The position numbers and the translations under genes were made by a program. A stretch of DNA of 41,786 bases. It comes from Priapulus caudatus. Its lineage: Eukaryota. How positions within the stretch are numbered: position 1 is the first letter of the stretch; every line of letters begins with the position of its first letter. Below, piece by piece: positions 1 to 11,432 of this stretch. The DNA lies in NCBI RefSeq assembly GCF_000485595.1, contig NW_014577073.1, forward strand, positions 174,729 to 216,514, written 5' to 3'. The notes beneath the pieces were generated by a model. The model searched no databases and had not been told where the DNA came from. It worked only from the letters and a program-made list of their open reading frames with translations.

Positions 1-126
1 TTCAAACACAGGCTCCACCACTGGCACATCTACTCCAGCTGCTTCAAACACAGGCTCCACCACTGGCACATCTACTCCAGCTGCTTCAAACACAGGCTCC
101 ACCACTGGCACATCTACTCCAGCTGC
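1..126 (-). repeat. 42-bp coding minisatellite, at least 3 copies, encoding AAGVDVPVVEPVFE
   Basis: TTCAAACACAGGCTCCACCACTGGCACATCTACTCCAGCTGC at 1-42, 43-84 and 85-126. The copy near 5200 has a single partial unit. Confidence 0.95.
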
Positions 127-3075
127 TTCAGTCCGATCCGCCACCATCTGAATTTCCTTTGCAGTTTCTCGAGACACTGTCAACTTGGCTGCCTTCTCCT
201 TCATAAGGACAGACACATCGCTAAAGTTGGGCCTCCTTGCAACAGCACCATTCCACAACTGGATAGCTGGTTTGGGGTCAAATCTATAATAAAATATTAT
301 GTTGTATGCGATTGAGCTTGTCGTCTTGTGTTTTTCTCCCTTGTTGGCAAGTCTTATGTTTTATTATTATTTTTCAGAAGAATATTTAATGTTTTAATAG
401 CTAAAATGACAAGTGATTAAGTCACTTCTCGTGTGACTGCTTACTGGTCAATTGGCGGCGAGTGGAGTCTGATGGTCATTTGGTAAGACAGGGATTCCTC
501 AGACAAAGAGGATCTGAACGTCGTCTTCACTGACTTCATTGGACAAAAGTCACGTTCACATTCAGATGACGAACCTGCAAAGATAACATAGATCAGGACT
601 AGTCAAATAATTTTGCTTATTGCCATATAGGTTTTGTGAAATATTTTATAAATTGATTCAAGCTAAACTTAGATGATTAAGGATTTTTCTTTTCTATCTC
701 ACAATTTTGGTTTATTAAAAAATAGTTACCAGGAATGGTCAGGATGAGGTCCATTACAGCCAGGATATTTGGGTAGTTGTCCGGGTATATTTCATTCACC
801 CTCTCCCAGGTGAGGTTCTTGACATTCAGGTCACTGAAAGACAATTTAAGATCATCTCTATTTTTAAAATTGATCTAGAGATAACAAATTTAATGATGAT
901 ATATTACAATACTCCACCAATTAATAACTTTGCTGTGTTCTTATCCCATTACGTTAGTAGCTTTTTGAAATAATACCTGGAATATAGTGCACTTTTCAAT
1001 GCTGTCCACTCAATTGCAGCCTCTACTGTGTTGCTGGAGTCCAGGCATGAAAGGAAGTGGTCAATCAAAACAGCCAGTTGATCATCACCGAAATCTATAA
1101 CAAATGAAATGTAATGCATGTGAATCATGGCAAGATAAGCTTTAGCAATTTTCAAAATCAGTCGTCCATGGGTCAGCTGGAAACTAGATAACAAACAGCA
1201 ATCATGTCACTGAAAATTAAAACAAAGAAAACTGTAACAAGGGTCAAAACCAAAAAATAATAACAACTAAAAAAAGAATTCTGAAATGAAACTCAAAAAT
1301 ACCAAAAAATGTTGGTGAACTAAACTCCAGGAACATTATTATATAACCCAAACGGTTAACCTGTTATCTCAGTGCGGTTGTTGTCACTTTTCATAGGCCA
1401 AGACTTGAAGTTCGAAATTGACATGGCTTTGATGATGGCTTCACATTCAAATCTGCTTTCAAGGCTTTTTTTCAGTTCGTTTACCAGTCGCTGCCGTGCT
1501 GATGGAAAGGACTCTCCTCTACGTTGATTAAGACTAAGAGGTTCCATGTCCTCGTCAGTGTCTAAGCCTAATGCGTGTTTCCCTTTGCGGAGATATGGCC
1601 CATCCCTGAATAATTATTTTAAATTGCACAATGTTTCAAGAATAATGCAATTTAATATTTCTGATAATGCCAAGAAATTAATTGCGACTATTTATTACAT
1701 ACATAGGTGTGAAATATAGGAAAATACGCAGGGAATAAAAATCATACAACCACTAGTGAGATATGAAGTTTATTTCACTAGTGAATTATCATTTTGCACC
1801 GGACGTCATGGTAATGCAACCAGCACTACTTTCATGAAAATTGAAGTATAACTATAAGCTAATGAAGCAATGTATATTACTGTTTTATGTGCAAATGTAT
1901 GTAATAAACAAAATACTACACTGGGTGCTGTTGAATACTGAAAATAAATCACTCGTGTCCGGATAACGCAGGCACTCACGAGTGCGCTTGTAGTATCCTC
2001 TATTTATTACACTCGGATTAGTACTTACTTGGTGCCATGATAGAGATCGATAAGATTGTTGGTCTCCTCCACCATTCCATAAATGTCTGCGGCAGAACAC
2101 TCCCGTCTCTGAAACACCCTGGACAACCTGGAGAGGATGGTAGCGATGTACGCCAAGAAGTAGCAATACAGCATCACATGGGGGTACTTCAGAAGCTTTA
2201 AGAGGCCCTTAGCTTTGCCACTGGTACTTGATGAAGATCTTCCCACAGTCGAGGAACAAATCTGAATTAAATATTAAATAACATAATTTAAGCCTGTATC
2301 AAGAAATGTATGGATTGCATTTGTAAATAAAAATAAAATAAGCATATAATTAGCTTTAATACATCCCTCCAAAAATACACTATTCCAGCCTAAGTTTAAG
2401 TTTCTATTCTACATTATATTGTTTAATTAATTCGAAAGTTAATCACTTGCTCCAGATGTTGTCGGACAGCGTCATAGCCAGCTAGAAAGTTTTCCAGTGT
2501 CCTGAGCAAGTGTCCAACCCATCGTGTTCCTCCAATTCTTGTTGGGAAAACCACTTTTTTTCTCAACAGTGTTAAACGAACTTCTCAAGTTGGATCTGGT
2601 AAATATTAAAACTATGTATGTTATTATGTGAATTATCAAAATTTCCAAATTGTAACTAATAAAGCATTACAAAATATTAAATAACAAATGTATAGCATGT
2701 CTAGTTACACTATAGCTTCCATTTACCACACTTTTTAATACTAAAATTAATAAATATTACATTTGAAATAAACAGAAAATAAACAGAAAACTAGACTACC
2801 AGTTCAGTTATTTAACTTAAATTATTGGATTACCTGTTCAGTGCACTGTTGTGATAAAAATAGTAAAGTCCCTGAAGAAGGTAGGTGGTGACTTTTGTAT
2901 CCAGTGGAACATGCTTGATAGCATTTTTAAAGGCCAAATCCAACTTATGTGCGTAGCAATGCACGGCTACCATAGATGGCTGCAGTCTCCTCAGTTTTGC
3001 TCCAACGCCGTTGTTTTTTTCCTAACATCACGGATGCCCCGTCACTCCCCATTCCTACAAGCTTTCCCAGAAAAT
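1..3075 (-). pseudogene. 5'-truncated second copy of the hAT transposase gene (part of exon 3 to exon 10), running off the window edge
   Basis: Near-identical by eye to ~5197-8163, introns included. It has +1 frameshifts in T-runs at 2555-2561 and 3014-3020 and ERGF changed to ERDF, but keeps the TRW motif (CGA, 2522-2524). Similarity stops at ~3075, where another repeat starts. Confidence 0.9.
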
Positions 3076-3334
3076 CAAAAATTAATCTAGATGGCCATTT
3101 TCATTTTTGCCAAAAAGTTGGCGTGGCTCGAAAGTAGGTCGACTGGCGTGCTCCAAAATAGGACGTTCAAATCTCTCCCATAAGAGTAACAACTATATGC
3201 AATTTGAAACATGTGGGTCAAACGGTTCTTGAGTTATCGTTGACCGTAGCCAAATGTCGACGGACGGACGGACGTACGACGGACGACACCCCATGGCAAT
3301 AGCTCATCTTGACGATGTCAAGGCGAGCTAAAAA
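3076..3334 (+). mobile_element. Helentron/HINE-like non-autonomous element, 3' part
   Basis: (GACG)n microsatellite at ~3260-3286, then a 3' hairpin AGCTC-ATCTTGAC-GAT-GTCAAGGC-GAGCT (3301-3329) and an A-run. Confidence 0.55.
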
Positions 3335-3378
3335 TGTCAACTTCGTTCTATATGTTCCTGATCATAATAAGTGTATAC

Positions 3379-3724
3379 CTTCATTCTTTAGCCCTTCCGC
3401 TTCCTCCTTCTGTTCTGCAGTTGGTCCTGCTGGCTTTTCATCCTAGAATGAACGTCATAAGCTAGAACCAGTCAAGACATGATAAAGATTACCATGCGTA
3501 AAATGACAACATGCTCGTTCACTGAATAATTTCAGCACAGCAACAGCTAACGTTAATTTTTACGCACGCATTCCAACCAGATGAAATTAAAGGGGGAAAA
3601 ATTTCTGTTACCTTTGTAGCTTCTTGAAATATAGAAAGAAGTGGCTTTGACACCCTCAGCCGTGACGCAACCTCCGGGTCACTAGGTGTGATGCCAAATG
3701 CTGTCTCCAGACATTGCACAGTAA
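3379..3724 (-). CDS. SGTA: Small glutamine-rich TPR co-chaperone (SGTA/SGT), two internal exons 3612-3724 and 3379-3442; partial gene
   Basis: Exon 3612-3724 reads (V)TVQCLETAFGITPSDPEVASRLRVSKPLLSIFQEATK, matching the SGTA dimerisation motif (human VAIQCLETAFGV). Exon 3379-3442 reads DEKPAGPTAEQKEEAEGLKNEG, matching the start of TPR1 (human AEAERLKTEG). Boundaries are AG/GT with consistent phases 1-0-1. The first coding exon was not found; downstream exons lie left of the window. Confidence 0.85.
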
Positions 3725-4588
3725 CTATGAATACAAGCAGCAATTTGCTATGTGTAACGCCCTAAAACCACTTGGCCTATTTTTGTACACACATCGGGGT
3801 AAGAACCCCACGCTTTCCTCCCCAATCAATTAACCTAGTTATCTGAGTAGATCACTATCCATTCTCAAAAACTATTGGTCAAAATTCTTAAAAAACAACA
3901 CAAGCATGGCTGTAACACAATGCTCGGGCATGCTTAGTATTCATTATATTATCCAGAGCCAGATAATCTAGTGCTAACCTGGCTACAATAATTTACTATT
4001 AGGTAGCCGATTCAAAAACATACTAGCTACGGTAAAACTCGCATAAGACGCCATCGTCTAGCACGTCAATTTGCTGAAGTCGTCATCGAAGTCAAAGTAC
4101 CGATTTTCTCTAATGATAAATCCATTTGAATAGCCCCGCCAAAGTCGTCATTTACAAGCCGTCATTATGTACAGGTCATCGTCCTCAGACAGGTCCCATG
4201 TAATACAAACAACATTAAAATCCTATCTGTATGTCGTTATCAGAAATGCCGATGACACAGTGTATGCAGCCCAATTAGGCTTAGATACAAATATCTCGAA
4301 AAATGGCCTAAATATGTTTCCGGAAATTCTCCAAAAAAATCTCTAAATATCTAAAAAAAAATTCTAAATATCCCCCAAATTTGTCTAAATATCTCAGTTA
4401 TTTCAACGTAATGTCTTTTAAACATACTTATTGTGTGCAAAAAAATCATACGCTGTTTACGAATCTCCATTCGCTGGATTTCCCCGGAGCTCCGCCCACT
4501 TTAAAAATAGTGCTAGCATTGTGGCAGTGGTATTCTGAGTGTACGAAGAGGCACTGCATGCAGTTTGCACCGCTGGATNNNNNNNNNN

Positions 4589-4915
4589 GTAAATTCCGTC
4601 CAAATCCTATGTACAACATACGCTGCCGGCGGCCATTGCTCTCGCGGCTGCACTGTGCACACTTACACTTATATATATAGCAGGTAGGAAAGCGGGATCC
4701 CTAAATTCGCTCGACGCTCGCTTGATTTCACGCCTTCACAGCACGAATACACATCCAACAGCTTCCATCTTTGTTTCCATTTCAAGAACAGTGTTCACTT
4801 GTTATAAAAACATACTGTCTCTGTTCGTAACCGAGCTGTGTCACGCGAAATCACACAAAGACTGACGAAATTCTCGCGTTCGCTAACCTTGCCCAGTAAA
4901 TGTAAATAGTTGTCA
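4589..4915. repeat. Left arm of a ~330-bp inverted repeat
   Basis: Reverse complement of ~10533-10865. It starts exactly at the N-gap. Confidence 0.9.
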
Positions 4916-7900
4916 CAGTGCCTGAAATGAGGGCCAGCCTTAGGCTGGCCTGAAAATTTTTTTGGGGGCGAGTAAAAGATTGCAGGCACTGGCCCAAATG
5001 GAATGTTGGAGGCCCAAATATTGTAGGCCAATGTCTTATATAAAAACAACACAAAATCTTTTAAACACAATATTTTATTCAACCAGTCCCTCTCGGCTCA
5101 TGGCCCAGAAGACTCCCTCCTCGCTGTATTCCGCGTCATCACTGTAGTCCGAACACGAGTCATAATATCCATCGTCACTGTCGCCTTTAACTTCATCCAC
5201 CACTGGCACATCTACTCCAGCTGCTTCAGTCCGATCCGCCACCATCTGAATTTCCTTTGCAGTTTCTCGAGACACTGTCAACTTGGCTGCCTTCTCCTTC
5301 ATAAGGACAGACACATCGCTAAAGTTGGGCCTCCTTGCAACAGCACCATTCAACAACTGGATAGCTAGTTTGGGGTCAAATCTATAATAAAATATTATGT
5401 TGTATGCGATTGAGCTTATCGTCTTGTGTTTTTCTCCCTTGTGTTGGCAAGTCTTATGTTCTATTATTATTTTTCAGAAGAATATTTAATGTTTTAATAG
5501 CCAAAATGACAAGTGATTAAGTCACTTCTCGTGTGACTGCTTACTGGTCGATTGGCGGCGAGTGGAGTCTGATGGTCATTTGGTAAGACAGGGATTCCTC
5601 CGACAAAGAGGATCTGAACGTCGTCTTCACTGACTTCATTTGACGGAAGCCACGTTCACATTCAGATGACGAACCTGCAAAGATAACATAGATCAGGATT
5701 AGTCAAATAATTTTGCTTATTGCCATATAGGTTTTGTGAAATATTTTATAAATTGATTCAAGCTAAACTTAGATGATTAAGGATTTTTCTTTTCTATCTC
5801 ACAATTTTGGTTTATTAAAAAATAGTTACCAGGAATGGTCAGTATGAGGTCCATTACAGCCAGGATATTCGGGTAGTTGTCCGAGTACATTTCATTCACC
5901 CTCTCCCAGGTGAGGTTCTTGACATTCAGGTCACTGAAAGACAATTTAAGATCATCTCTATTTTTAAAATTGATCTAGAGATAACAAATTTAATGATGAT
6001 ATATTACAATACTCCACCAATTAATAACTTTGCTGTGTTCTTATCCCATTACGTTAGTAGCTTTTTGAGATAATACCTGGAATATAGTGCACTTTTCAAT
6101 GCTGTCCACTCAATTGCAGCCTCTACTGTGTTGATGGAGTCCAGGCATGGAAGGAAGTGGTCAATCAAAACAGCCAGTTGATCATCACTGAAATCTATAA
6201 CAAATGAAATGTAATGCATGTGAATCATGGCAAGATAAGCTTTAGCAATTTTCAAAATCAGTCGTCCATGGGTCAGCTGGAAACTAGATAACAAACAGCA
6301 ATCATGTCACTGAAAATTAAAACAAAGAAAACTGTGTCAAGGAAACAAGGGTCAAAACCAAAAAATATTAACAACTAAAAAAAGAAATCTGAAATGAAAC
6401 TCAAAAATACCAAAACATGTTGGTGAGCTAAACTCCAGGAACATTATTATATAACCCAAACGATTAACCTGTTATCTCAGTGCGGTTGTCGTCACTTTTC
6501 ATAGGCCAAGACTTGAAGTTCGAAATTGACATGGCTTTGATGATGGCTTCACATTCAAATCTGCTTTCAAGGCTTTTTTTCAGTTCGTTTACCAGTCGCT
6601 GCCGTGCTGATGGAAAGGACTCTCCTCTACGTTGATTAAGACTAAGAGGTTCCATGTCCTCGTCAGTGTCTAAGCCTAATGCGTGTTTCCCTTTGCGGAG
6701 ATATGGCCCATCCCTGAATAATTATTTTAAATTGCACAATGTTTCAAGAATCATGCAATTTAATATTTCTGATAATGCCAAGAAATTAATTGCAACTATT
6801 TATTACATACATAGGTGTGAAATGTAGGCAAATACGCAGGGAATAAAAATCATACAATCACTAGTGAGATATGAAGTTTATTTCACTAGTGAATTATCAT
6901 TTTGCACCTGACGTCATGGTAATGCAACCAGCACTACTTTCATGAAAAATGAAGTATAAGCTAATGAAGCAATGTATATTACTGTTTTATGTGCAAATGT
7001 ATGTAATAAACAGAATACTACACTGGGTGCTGTTGAATACTGAAAATAAATCACTCGTGTCCGGATAACGCAGGAACTCACGAGTGCGCTTGTAGTATCC
7101 TCTATTTATTACACTCGGATTAGTACTTACTTGGTGCCATAGAGATCGATAAGATTGTTGGTCTCCTCCACCATTCCATAAATGTCTGCGGCAGAACATT
7201 CCCGTCTCTGAAACACCCTGGACAACCTGGAGAGGATGGTAGCGATGTCCGCCAAGAAGTAGCAATACAGCATCACATGGGTGGACTTCAGAAGCTTTAA
7301 GAGGCCCTTAGCTTTGCCACTGGTACTTGATGAAGATCTTCCCACAGTCGAGGAACAAATCTGAATTAAATATTAAATAACATAATTTAAGCCTGTATTA
7401 AGAAATGTATGGATTGCATTTGTAAATAAAAATAAAATAAGCATATAATTAGCTTTAATTCATCCCTCCAAAAATACACTATTCCAGCCTAAGTTTAAGT
7501 TTCTATTCTACATTATATTGTTTAATTAATTCGAAAGTTAATCACCTGCTCCAGATGTTGTCGGACAGCGTCATAGCCAGCTAGAAAGTTTTCCAGTGCC
7601 CTGAGCAAGTGTCCAACCCATCATGTTCCCCCAATTCTTGTTGGGAAAACCACTTTTTTCTCAACAGTGTTAAACGAACTTCTCAAGTTGGATCTGGTAA
7701 ATATTAAAACTATGTATGTTATTATGTGAATTATCAAAATTTCCAAATTGTAACTAATAAAGCATTACAAAATATTAAATAACAAATGTATAGCATGTCT
7801 AGTTACACTATAGCTTCCCTTTACCACACTTTTTAATACTAAAATTAATAAATATTACATTTGAAATAAACAGAAAACTAGACTACCAGTTCAGTTATTT

Positions 7901-10299
7901 AACTTAAATTATTGGATTACCTGTTCAGTGCACTGTTGTGATAAAAATAGTAAAGTCCCTGAAGAAGGTATGTGGTGACTTTTGTATCCAGTGGAACATG
8001 CTTGATAGCATCTTTAAAGGCCAACTCCAACTTGTGTGCATAGCAATGCACAGCTACCATAGATGGCTGCAGTCTCCTCAGTTTTGCTCCAACGCCGTTG
8101 TTTCTTCCTAACATCACGGACGCCCCGTCACTCCCCATTCCTACAAGCTTTCCCAGAAAATCATGCCAAGGAACTCCGACCTTCTCCACAGACCGCTGCA
8201 TTGCCTCCAGAATACCATCAGCATCACTTTTGGAGACGTAGGAGGGATTCAGGAAAAAAACCTATGCAAAATATAATTTGTAGTAAACAGATGATTATCA
8301 GTGATAGTAAATTATCTAATTAGTAAAATACTATAGCTAATTAGTAAAAAGTTTATACATTTATGTTTTAAAATTAAATGATTGTCATTGTGGGACAGGG
8401 TGTGGGTGTGACGTGTCTGTGTGTAGTGTATGTTTGTTGGTGTATATTTGCTCAAAACTGTAATTTAACAGTAAACAATACTTTAATACAACATTTTACT
8501 AATACTGTGTTTTTTAACTTACTGTATATAATTTCCAAAACTATGTACATCATATGTATATTATCATTGATTACATATTTGCAGACTAATAGCTCTACTG
8601 AGCTATTGCTAATGTCGCCCATGTAACAAATGATGTTGTATATATATATTATCCTTGATTTTTTTTTCTTGTAATTACAAAGCAGATGTTGAGATAGTGT
8701 AATAATCATGTAATATTAGAAGATAACTAATTAATATTATATAACTTACATCAAAATTACCGAAATTCTGAATGATTCATAAATTTGATAATTATTAAAG
8801 TACCTTAATGACTCCACCAATACACAGTCTGGTGTATATAATCTCGACCTCGGTCACACTGCTGTCCGTGCTTCCGTCGGATAAGATAGAGACAAACTTC
8901 GCCGAGTTTATCTCCCAGCAATCTTGTTAAGCTCTGTCAATGCGATGAATTTACAGAATTCTTTGGCACTGTTACAGTTTAAGTATGTATTTCCAATGTC
9001 TAGGCTTTTGGCCTGATCAAGATTGGACATCCACACATAATCCGAATAAGGTCGTCCAGCTAAGCACAATGCATGGACGTTTCTGAACAAAATAGACAGC
9101 TTCTCAATAACCGCTTTGTTTAGAGATTCAATTGATTTGTGTGCCTCAGTTTGTTCACCCTTTACAACCTTTGTTCTCCCTCTAATAACTTCAACACTTC
9201 TTGTGTGCACCTTGCTGCCTTCATGAGATTTTAGTGTCTCTACTTTTGCTGTTGTCCACGTATACGCGGATGACGTAGATTCATGGACATCTGCACACCA
9301 AGTGCACGACATTGACTCGGAGTCCACACTCAACCAGGGTCTTTCCTGCTTCCAGGATTCCTGGAACTGGCGTTTCCTTCGATTTTTTTCATACCTTAAA
9401 ATTGAAAACAAACAATAGTCAGTGACAGTCCGTGTTTTACTATTAAAATGAATCGACCCTAGTCACATCTGCGACCGAGTGGCTATTTTGTTCCCTCACT
9501 AATTCGCATCAGGCGCCCTCTCAGTTTATGTCTGGATTTCAAGCGCCTACTATGATACAAAACGGACCAAATATCGCTTCCAACATGTAAACAAATATAG
9601 AAAAGACATTTACTTACTATGATGTGACTCACTGACTGAAGAAAATTCACCCTTCCCTACCCCACGACAGCGTTCTTTGTCGATCTTACCGTGTGGTTTA
9701 TTCATATACATTACAACAATAGAAAAATCAGAGTACATCATGAGTATAAAAAGAAAATCGGCATGTCACTTACTTGGCGTATTTTGATGGCCGTTTCTCT
9801 GCCTTGGCCCCTGCTCGTTTCAAAAAACCCCAGCCGTCTGCTTTCGACGGTTCCGCCGCCATTTTTTGTGTCACTAGGCCAGTTTAGCAACCGACAGTTT
9901 CATTGGTTTAGAATCGTGGCTTTTGACCAATAGCTATAATGATAACAGAGTTATCTACCCACTTTGACTGGCTACCGTGCCCGTACTGTGCCCGTACCTT
10001 CTCGCGTGCGGAGGACAGATTGGCCAGTCTATCGGACATTCAGAAGACTGGTCCTTGCTGTCAGAAACACATTACGCAAGAGTCTGTTGTCTAACTAGAC
10101 TCCGGTTTAGGATCGAAGTAATAAGAAAACAAAAAACAACTCAAATATATATCAATGAATTTGTTTATTTGTTGAAATATTGGCAGTCGCCCAAAATTTT
10201 TGGGGGGGCGAGTGACTACTTGACTTGTGCAATTTTCGGTCGCCCGAGCTAAACATTGGTCGCCTGTGGCGAGTGGGCGACCGTCCATTTCAGGCACCG
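4916..10299 (-). mobile_element. Full-length hAT-superfamily DNA transposon (~5.4 kb)
   Basis: 14-bp TIRs CAGTGCCTGAAATG (4916-4929) and CATTTCAGGCACCG (10286-10299), one mismatch. Subterminal GGCGAG/GGCGAC motifs at both ends. Encloses the transposase gene. Flanks read TTGTCA / CTGTCA. Confidence 0.9.
5075..9862 (-). pseudogene. Disabled hAT transposase (ZNF862-like), 10 exons: 9774-9862, 8804-9394, 7921-8261, 7546-7693, 7131-7360, 6469-6713, 6077-6194, 5830-5933, 5545-5674, 5075-5381; ~767 aa if repaired
   Basis: Motifs: TTF-type zinc finger (FQESW..PWL..CTWC..HEGSKVH), DGSTD, SDGASVM, HCYAH (CxxH), T(R)W, and C-terminal dimerisation domain SSSECERGF. All introns are GT-AG with compatible phases. 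Lesions: 1-nt deletion near 8914-8916 (stop 8908-8910) and CGA>TGA at 7621-7623. Confidence 0.9.
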
Positions 10300-10432
10300 C
10301 TGTCAGAATCAGGAAACACCCACCGGCGCTCTTCGTGACCTCATTCTTGCGCCGCAACGCTGCAACGTTTTTGCAACGCTCCAATGGCGAGGCTCGTACG
10401 GGAGTTGGAAAGCAGTGCGCCGCCTATAGCCC

Positions 10433-10518
10433 ATAGACTGGTACTCGCTCCCACCTCTCGGCTTAGCTTAGTTACTCGATGGGTAATCGAGGTGAAGGTG
10501 GGATCGAGTACCAGTCTA
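10433..10518. mobile_element. 86-bp MITE
   Basis: TIRs (A)TAGACTGGTACTCGCTCCCACCT / AGGTGGGATCGAGTACCAGTCTA. Direct repeat TATAGCCC at 10425-10432 and 10519-10526 (7 or 8 bp depending on the TIR boundary). Confidence 0.85.
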
Positions 10519-10532
10519 TATAGCCCTGTACT

Positions 10533-10865
10533 GGCAGCCATTTACATTTATTGGGCAACGTTAGCGAACGCGAGAATTTCGTCAGTCTTTGTGTGATTTC
10601 GCGTGACACAGCTCGGTTACGAACAGAGACAGTATGTTTTTATAACAAGTGAACACTGTTCTTGAAATGGAAACAAAGATGGAAGCTGTTGGATATGTAA
10701 TCGTGCTGTGAAGGCGTGAAATCAAGCGAGCGTCGAGCGAATTTAGGGATCCCGCTTTCCTACCTGCTATATATATATAAGTGAGTGTAAGTGTGCCACA
10801 GTGCAGCCGCGAGAGCAATGGCCGCCGGCAGCGTATGTTGTACATAGGATTTGGACGGAATTTAC
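10533..10865. repeat. Right arm of the ~330-bp inverted repeat
   Basis: Reverse complement of 4589-4915. Its continuation to ~10970 resembles 28741-28860, so it belongs to a dispersed family. Confidence 0.9.
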
Positions 10866-11093
10866 AGGAAACTGTCGGCAATAATACTAGGTGAAAGAGA
10901 GTATAGAAACATTAAGAATTTGGTAGTAAATAGATTTCGTATTTATTTAGCATTATATTTTATTGAAACGTGCCTGTGCCTGTGCCGGTGACAATTATGT
11001 CATCACTGAGTATAGTGACAAGGCACTATAGCAAGGATTTCTATAAGCCAGAGAACTCCCAGCAGCAGCACGTTGTAATGGTTGTTCATGGAG

Positions 11094-11418
11094 TGTAAAC
11101 ATGGCGAAAGTCATCCACCTTAGGCACCTTAGGTATCACGAAGTGATGCACAGATTTCTGTGTATCATAAACTGATGCACAGACTTTCCATATATCAAGG
11201 AATGATGCAAAAACCCTAACCCTAACCTTATGTCATAAACTATAACCTTAGGTATCACGAAGTGTGTTACTGTTAGGGTTAGGGTTAGGGTTAGGGTTTT
11301 TGCATCATTCCTTGATATACGGAAAGTCTGTGCATCAGTTGATGATACACAAAAATCTGTGCATCACTTCGTGATACCTAAGTCTAAGGTGCCTAAAGTG
11401 GATTTGCGCCCATGTACA
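11094..11418. mobile_element. Foldback MITE-like palindrome with inner (CCCTAA)n/(TTAGGG)n
   Basis: ~130-bp arms (CCTTAGGTATCACGAAGTGATGCACAGA...GATGCAAAAACCCTAACCCTAAC and its reverse complement) around a ~45-bp spacer. Confidence 0.85.
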
Positions 11419-11432
11419 TTACTGCCGCAGAT

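Noticed and set aside
1..126. CRISPR-like direct repeats (also 31900-32440 and 39516-39727)
   Set aside because: Head-to-tail tandem units with no unique spacers, no cas genes, and a eukaryotic context.
7621..7623. In-frame TGA as selenocysteine or readthrough
   Set aside because: The other copy has CGA (Arg of the TRW motif), so this is ordinary CpG decay.
5075..9862. Domesticated ZNF862-like host gene
   Set aside because: TIRs, a second nearby copy, a frameshift and a nonsense codon indicate a transposon copy.
11210..11296. True telomere or chromosome fusion site
   Set aside because: Only 2-4 units, embedded in the arms of a palindromic element.
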